NCBI GenBank assembly: GCA_965240465.1
Contig: OZ251219.1
Location: forward strand, 416,001 to 480,000
DNA: 64,000 nucleotides
Direction of reading: 5' to 3'
Origin: a bacterium
Lineage (GTDB): Bacteria; SAR324; JACQKK01
The notes below the pieces were generated by a model. It was given only the letters and a program-made list of their open reading frames with translations. It did not search any database and was not told the DNA's origin. This document shows, in pieces, positions 58,873 to 64,000 of the stretch (positions are counted from its first letter, which is position 1; each line of letters opens with the position of its first letter). The position numbers and the translations under genes were made by a program.

Positions 58873-59679
58873 ATGTTTTCTCCTCACACGGTTCAGACCG
58901 CCCGAGATTGGTACAATAGGGGAGTTACTTGGGTTTATAAGCAAAGTACTCACAGCGGGATAACCTATCTGGACAAAGCCCTAGCAGTGTTTGAGGAAAA
59001 TGGCGACCTGCGTATGAGTGCACTTACTCGCCATCACAAATTATTTGCCTTTTGCTTAGACCAAATGCCTGAAGAGGTGGAAAACCTGTTTCCTCAGGTG
59101 ATGCAAGAATACGTCCTCCTAGACGAAAAGTACGGGCAAGCCTTGTTGTTATGTCATTTGGCAGACAGTCTAAGGAATGAATTCCAGTGGCCGAGAGCGA
59201 TAGGTCATTATCACAGTGCGGTTGATTTAGCTACTCAGAATAAGTTTCGGATGCTGCAAGCTTATGTAACCTTGCGTCAAGCTAGTCTATTCAGGGAAAG
59301 AGATAATCTCTCTAGCGCCATTGACCTCTTGCAACAAACAAGACAATTGATCATTGATAACCCTCACAGTGCCATTTATTCCAACTCCCTGCTCATGTTA
59401 GCCCAATGCTTGATCAAGCTGGGAGAATCTTCTGAGGCTGTTCCTCTGCTGGAAGAATTACAAAATTCGCTTTCTAAGCAGGATCGCCTCCAAGAAGCTC
59501 TGGAGCCACTAGGGATGCTCTCCCGTTTATATGAGCAATCCAGCATGCAACAGGACAAACTTCGGGTGTCTGAGAAACTCCATTTATGCGGTCAGCGAGT
59601 ACTCAACACTACCCAAAAACACCTTGCCGATTCGCTGGGACCCTTCATTGATAGAAGTTTCTATCCGCCAGCTAATTAA
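58873..59679 (+). CDS. TPR-like all-helical hypothetical protein
   Basis: Long ORF abutting the NAD kinase gene; TPR-like A/L spacing. Confidence 0.6.
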   Translation: MFSPHTVQTARDWYNRGVTWVYKQSTHSGITYLDKALAVFEENGDLRMSALTRHHKLFAFCLDQMPEEVENLFPQVMQEYVLLDEKYGQALLLCHLADSLRNEFQWPRAIGHYHSAVDLATQNKFRMLQAYVTLRQASLFRERDNLSSAIDLLQQTRQLIIDNPHSAIYSNSLLMLAQCLIKLGESSEAVPLLEELQNSLSKQDRLQEALEPLGMLSRLYEQSSMQQDKLRVSEKLHLCGQRVLNTTQKHLADSLGPFIDRSFYPPAN

Positions 59680-59681
59680 AC

Positions 59682-60518
59682 ATGGCTCGTTCCAAGCTGA
59701 AATTTAATCGGGTCGGGATCATATCTCGTACTCCCAGTACCTCCCAGAAAACTAACTTCCGTCAAGAAAAGCTGCTGGCATCCTTGCGATATGTAAAACA
59801 ACGTTTGGAACAGGAAAACATCTCCACCTTCTTATTGGAGAATTCCTCAGTAATCCCAGACTTGGATTTAATGATCGTGCTGGGCGGGGACGGTAGCGTC
59901 TTAAATGCTTTGGCTCAACGACCATATTGTCCGCTGCTGGCAATTAATTATGGAGAAGTAGGGTTTTTAACCGCCGCAGAAAGTGCCGATCTAGAATCTT
60001 CCCTAGAAAAGCTTTTACGAGGAGATTATGTGATCAGTGAGCGTTTGCTATTGCAGTGCGAATATGGATCGAGCCAGGCCTTGGTGGTTAACGAGGTTGC
60101 CTTGCGTAGTTCTGGTAAAATGCTGGGTTTGGAAGTGTTTGTGAATCAAGCTCGTATCCGTAACATTCGCGGGGATGGAGTAATTGTAGGTACTCCCACT
60201 GGTAGCACTGCTTATTTGCTCTCCTGCGGTAGCCCAATTGTAATGCCCAATGCCCAATGCATGGTGCTGTGTGGAATCAATGAGTACAATTTTAGCTCGC
60301 GACCGCTGATACTGCCTGCCTCAGCTGTCGTTAATATAAAGATAAACCGCTTGCTGGAAAACCAAGACGCTTGCTTGTCCGTTAATGGCCGACACCAAAC
60401 TAACCTGCGAGAAGGAGATACTATCACCCTGAAAGCCGCTCTTAGACCAGCTACCCTTATCTTTTTTGATCCTGATTTCTTCTTTAATAATTTATCCACC
60501 CGTTTATCTTGGCATTAA
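59682..60518 (+). CDS. nadK: NAD(+) kinase
   Basis: LGGDGS, IN.G.VGFL, NE, GDG.IV.TPTGSTAY.LS.G. Confidence 0.93.
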   Translation: MARSKLKFNRVGIISRTPSTSQKTNFRQEKLLASLRYVKQRLEQENISTFLLENSSVIPDLDLMIVLGGDGSVLNALAQRPYCPLLAINYGEVGFLTAAESADLESSLEKLLRGDYVISERLLLQCEYGSSQALVVNEVALRSSGKMLGLEVFVNQARIRNIRGDGVIVGTPTGSTAYLLSCGSPIVMPNAQCMVLCGINEYNFSSRPLILPASAVVNIKINRLLENQDACLSVNGRHQTNLREGDTITLKAALRPATLIFFDPDFFFNNLSTRLSWH

Positions 60519-60690
60519 ATTGTTTCCGAATCGTTTCTGATTTGACAATTGCCATTAATTTGACTACCCTTTGTCCACCTGAGTTCAAACTTGATCCTTA
60601 GAGTTTGACCAAGGATGGTCGGCTATTTCCATTGCTTTGGGAATATTTTTGCGGGATGTTTTTGCGGGATGCTGTAAGCGACTCATCGGT

Positions 60691-60760
60691 GGGATTCGGA
60701 TACACACTGCGGGATTCGGATATGCTGTGAGATTCGGATATGCTGTGAGATTCGGATACA
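60691..60760. repeat. 18-nt x4 repeat upstream of recA
   Basis: G(G/A)GATTCGGATATGCTGT and variants. Confidence 0.9.
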
Positions 60761-60842
60761 AAAAGAGCCTCCCCCCGCGTACCCGCATAGGTTTTTCACA
60801 CCGCCTGGATGCCGCAAGTTCAACCTCAAATAGGATATTAAG

Positions 60843-61946
60843 ATGGCTAGTACCAAGAAGGAAACAGAACAAAAACAACAATCTATTAGCATAGCTATGT
60901 CCCAGATAGAACGCCTTTATGGCAAGGGAGCTATCATGCACATGGGAACTGACAAGGTGGTAGATGTAGACGTGATCTCCAGCGGCAACATTGGTTTGGA
61001 CATTGCCTTAGGGGTAGGAGGATTTCCCAGGGGACGCATTATTGAGATTTATGGTCCTGAGGCTTCTGGCAAAACCACCTTAGCCTTGCATGCGGTAGCC
61101 GAGGTACAAAAGAACGGTGGAATAGCTGCCTACATAGATGCCGAACACGCACTAGATATGCGTTATGCTCGTTTGATTGGAGTGCAAAGCAAGGAGTTGT
61201 TATTGTCTCAGCCTGATTATGGAGAGCAAGCTTTAGAGATAGTGGAAATATTGGTGAGGAGCGGTGCCGTTGATATAGTAGTGGTGGACTCGGTAGCTGC
61301 CTTAGTACCTAAGAATGAATTAGAGGGAAATATGGGTGACGCCCATATGGCTCAGCAAGCCCGTTTGATGTCTCAGGCTTTGCGTAAGTTAACCGCGGTG
61401 ATCTCCAAATCTAAGACCATGGTGGTTTTCATCAACCAGTTGAGAATGAAGGTGGGAGTAGTATTTGGTAATCCAGAAACTACTACTGGAGGAAATGCCT
61501 TGAAATTTTATTCCACCATGCGTTTGGATGTGCGTAAGATCAGTGCCATCAAGGAGGGCGATTTAATAGTCGGGGCCCGTATTAGAATTAAGGTGGTAAA
61601 GAATAAGGTAGCCCCACCGTTCCGCCAAGTAGAATGCGACATCATGCACACTGAGGGCATCTCTTATAGCGGTTCCTTGCTGGATATGTCTCTGGAGGCA
61701 GAAGTTATCCAAAAATCGGGTACTTGGTTTTCATTTGACGGCCAGAGGATCGGTCAAGGACGAGAGAATGCCAAGCAATTTTTGGTGGCTCAGCCTGCCA
61801 TCCGTGAGAAGCTGGAAAAATTAGTGCGTGAGAAATACAAACTCAACAAAAATGCCCCCCTTAATGACCCTCCAGCTGAACAGGCAGTTGAGGTCAAGGC
61901 TTCAGAGCCAGATGTCAAAGACGACCGCAAGGTGGTGGGAGGCTGA
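60843..61946 (+). CDS. recA: Recombinase RecA
   Basis: [54 protein letters not shown]. Confidence 0.99.
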   Translation: MASTKKETEQKQQSISIAMSQIERLYGKGAIMHMGTDKVVDVDVISSGNIGLDIALGVGGFPRGRIIEIYGPEASGKTTLALHAVAEVQKNGGIAAYIDAEHALDMRYARLIGVQSKELLLSQPDYGEQALEIVEILVRSGAVDIVVVDSVAALVPKNELEGNMGDAHMAQQARLMSQALRKLTAVISKSKTMVVFINQLRMKVGVVFGNPETTTGGNALKFYSTMRLDVRKISAIKEGDLIVGARIRIKVVKNKVAPPFRQVECDIMHTEGISYSGSLLDMSLEAEVIQKSGTWFSFDGQRIGQGRENAKQFLVAQPAIREKLEKLVREKYKLNKNAPLNDPPAEQAVEVKASEPDVKDDRKVVGG

Positions 61947-61980
61947 AAGTGGGCAAGCAAAAAAGACGTGAGACAGGTTA

Positions 61981-62100
61981 AAAACGGGCAAAGACAGGCA
62001 GATACGGGCAAAGACAGGCAGATACGGGCAAAGACAGGCAAAGACTGGCAGATACGGGCAAAGACTGGCAGATACGGGCAAAGACAGGCAGATACGGGTA
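61981..62100. repeat. 10-nt x12 repeat (20-nt period) between recA and selU
   Basis: AAGAC(A/T)GGCA alternating with GATACGGGCA. Confidence 0.94.
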
Positions 62101-62122
62101 ATTAGGGCGTAGGAGGCGAACG

Positions 62123-63184
62123 GTGAAAACGGTCTCTGCCTCTAATATCGTTGCCCATTTGCAGCACAGTGCAGTGGTAGACGTACGCACTGATGCCGAA
62201 TTTCAGCGAGGTCATATTCCTTTAGCGGTCAATCGCCCCTTGCTTTCCAACTCAGAAAGAGCTTCTGTGGGCTGGCTCTACAAACATGCGGGTAGACCAG
62301 CGGCTCTTAACCGAGGCTGGGCGATGGTAATGCCTAAGTTGGAAGCGTTTTTACAGTCATTTGAGGCTTGGCGTCCGCAATCGGTGTTGGTCTACTGTGC
62401 CAGAGGAGGAATGCGTTCTGAGTCGGTCTGTAAGGTACTCCAGCAAAGGGGGTTCTTTGCTATCCAGCTCCAGGGAGGATACAAGGCATTTCGGCAATGG
62501 ATCCTACAACGAATCCCCCAACTAATCCCCAACCAAGTGCTCGTCCTGCAAGGACTTACTGGAGTAGGCAAAACTCGCCTCCTACAAAGGCTTAACAACC
62601 ATCTTGACTTAGAAGCTTGTGCTCAGCATCGGGGTTCCCTGTTCGGTGCAGTAGGTCTGCAACCCCACACCCAACAGCAATTTGAGGCCCGCTTATGGCT
62701 CGCCCTAGAAAAACTAGACCTCACCCAACTGATGTGGATAGAAGCCGAAAGCTCAAAAATCGGCTCAGTCCTGCTACCGAACACCTTGCACCTAACCATC
62801 CGCAACAACCCCAAAATATTGATTACTGCCCCTCTGAAATCCCGCCTTGAACGCATCATTGCCGATTACGGCTTGTTAACCAACCAAGGAAAACAACAAT
62901 TAGAAAAAGCCATCCAAAGCCTAAAATCCTTACTCGGTAAAAAATGTACCCAACAATTATCCCAATGGTTGCACCAAAACCAACTGGAAAATATCGTCCG
63001 CTTGCTACTGAAAAATTACTACGACCCCCGCTATCGTCGCTCCATGGGACCACCCAACTGGGCTACCATAATTGATAATCAAAACCTACCCCAAGCAACT
63101 CAACAACTAGCAGATTTCGGCAAGCTAAAAACCAAGCCCGATGTATCGTCTATTAGCAGGCAGGAAGCACATCTGCCTTTATAA
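62123..63184 (+). CDS. selU: tRNA 2-selenouridine synthase
   Basis: Rhodanese DVRT..EF..GHIP and YCARGGMRS, GGYK, Walker A GLTGVGKT, HRGS.FG, YYDP.Y; AGGAGG upstream. Confidence 0.93.
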   Translation: MKTVSASNIVAHLQHSAVVDVRTDAEFQRGHIPLAVNRPLLSNSERASVGWLYKHAGRPAALNRGWAMVMPKLEAFLQSFEAWRPQSVLVYCARGGMRSESVCKVLQQRGFFAIQLQGGYKAFRQWILQRIPQLIPNQVLVLQGLTGVGKTRLLQRLNNHLDLEACAQHRGSLFGAVGLQPHTQQQFEARLWLALEKLDLTQLMWIEAESSKIGSVLLPNTLHLTIRNNPKILITAPLKSRLERIIADYGLLTNQGKQQLEKAIQSLKSLLGKKCTQQLSQWLHQNQLENIVRLLLKNYYDPRYRRSMGPPNWATIIDNQNLPQATQQLADFGKLKTKPDVSSISRQEAHLPL

Positions 63185-63215
63185 AAAATGGGACTAAGCA
63201 AAATATTGTGGCATA

Positions 63216-63249
63216 TTACGCCATGGTTCATACTTACGCCATGGTTCAT
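63216..63249. repeat. 18-nt x2 intergenic repeat
   Basis: TTACGCCATGGTTCAT(AC) x2. Confidence 0.82.
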
Positions 63250-63312
63250 CGGGAAACATTCTATGACAATCTTATTAAAGTTTATAAAATTTTACCTGCA
63301 TGGATGTGATAA

Positions 63313-64000
63313 ATGCTAGAAGCAAAATTAAAAAGCACCGTACCAACCAGTTCTCCCTTTGGTAATTTGATAGCTGGATTAGCTGGTTCTAACCAAGGAA
63401 TATCTATACTAGATACGGCAAGGTTTCAGTATCAAAAATCACCTTTAAGATATCCTGGTGGTAAAAGTAGGGCTGTAAAGGGTATTCTGTCCGTTTTTCC
63501 TGAAAATATAGAAAGAATGTGTTCTCCCTTTTTAGGAGGCGGCTCAATAGAGCTAGCTTGTTCTTCTTTAGGTATAAAGGTTTATGGTTATGATATATTC
63601 TCGCCACTTATTGATTTTTGGCAGGAGGTACTAAGTAATCCCGAAGAAATAGCAGAAAGAGCTCGGGAGTACTTACCATTATCTAGGTCCGAGTTTTACA
63701 ATTTACAAAAAGCCTATACTAGTTTTAAGGATAAAAAAGAAAGAGCCACTGTATTTTTTGTATTAAATCGTAGCTCTTTTTCAGGCACTACTTTATCAGG
63801 AGGCATGTCTCCTGGTCATAAGAGGTTTAATAATTCTGCCATTGAAAGGCTAGAAAAATTTAGGGATGATAATCTTAATGTGAGCTGTGAATCTTTCCGA
63901 GAAAGCTTATCCAGGCATGAAAATGATTTTTTATATCTTGATCCTCCTTATGCAAATGGGCAAGCTATTTACGGCGATAGAGGGGATACACATAAAGACT
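63313..64000 (+). CDS. DNA adenine methyltransferase, Dam/D12 family (partial, runs off the window edge)
   Basis: Manual translation from ATG 63313 gives KSPLRYPGGKSRAV, SPFLGGGSIE and FLYLDPPY; AT-rich; true start uncertain. Confidence 0.9.
   Translation, partial: MLEAKLKSTVPTSSPFGNLIAGLAGSNQGISILDTARFQYQKSPLRYPGGKSRAVKGILSVFPENIERMCSPFLGGGSIELACSSLGIKVYGYDIFSPLIDFWQEVLSNPEEIAERAREYLPLSRSEFYNLQKAYTSFKDKKERATVFFVLNRSSFSGTTLSGGMSPGHKRFNNSAIERLEKFRDDNLNVSCESFRESLSRHENDFLYLDPPYANGQAIYGDRGDTHKD

Noticed and set aside
331-63607. Many short antisense or alternate-frame ORFs in the track (e.g. 23995-24477, 43881-44264, 46118-46900, 61790-62041)
   Set aside because: They overlap well-supported genes or repeats and show no recognisable motifs; consistent with shadow ORFs.

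Overview
Bacterial chromosomal window with mostly housekeeping genes: secA (partial), ahcY, addAB-like pair, wcaJ-like, folC, lnt, pyrC-like, comEC, rlmE, larC, mltB, dnaX-recR, purL-purQ, mnmE, zwf-pgl, trpS, ihfB, NAD kinase, recA, selU, two tRNA-Pro genes and a partial Dam-family methyltransferase. The gene set looks Deltaproteobacteria-like, possibly SAR324 (low-confidence inference). Accessory content is six secreted Sel1-repeat paralogs in two clusters and two AT-rich Panacea (DUF4065/SocA) plus small 2-TM protein cassettes, one carrying an in-frame TGA. Two features are not explained by the annotation. First, about 30 mostly unrelated short tandem-repeat arrays (units 10-26 nt) are spread across the window; all units inside reading frames are multiples of 3, and four arrays sit on stop codons. 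Second, a kilobase-scale G/T-to-C/A strand-skew sawtooth resets at intergenic regions regardless of gene orientation and visibly biases protein composition. All calls come from reading motifs by eye; no searches were run.
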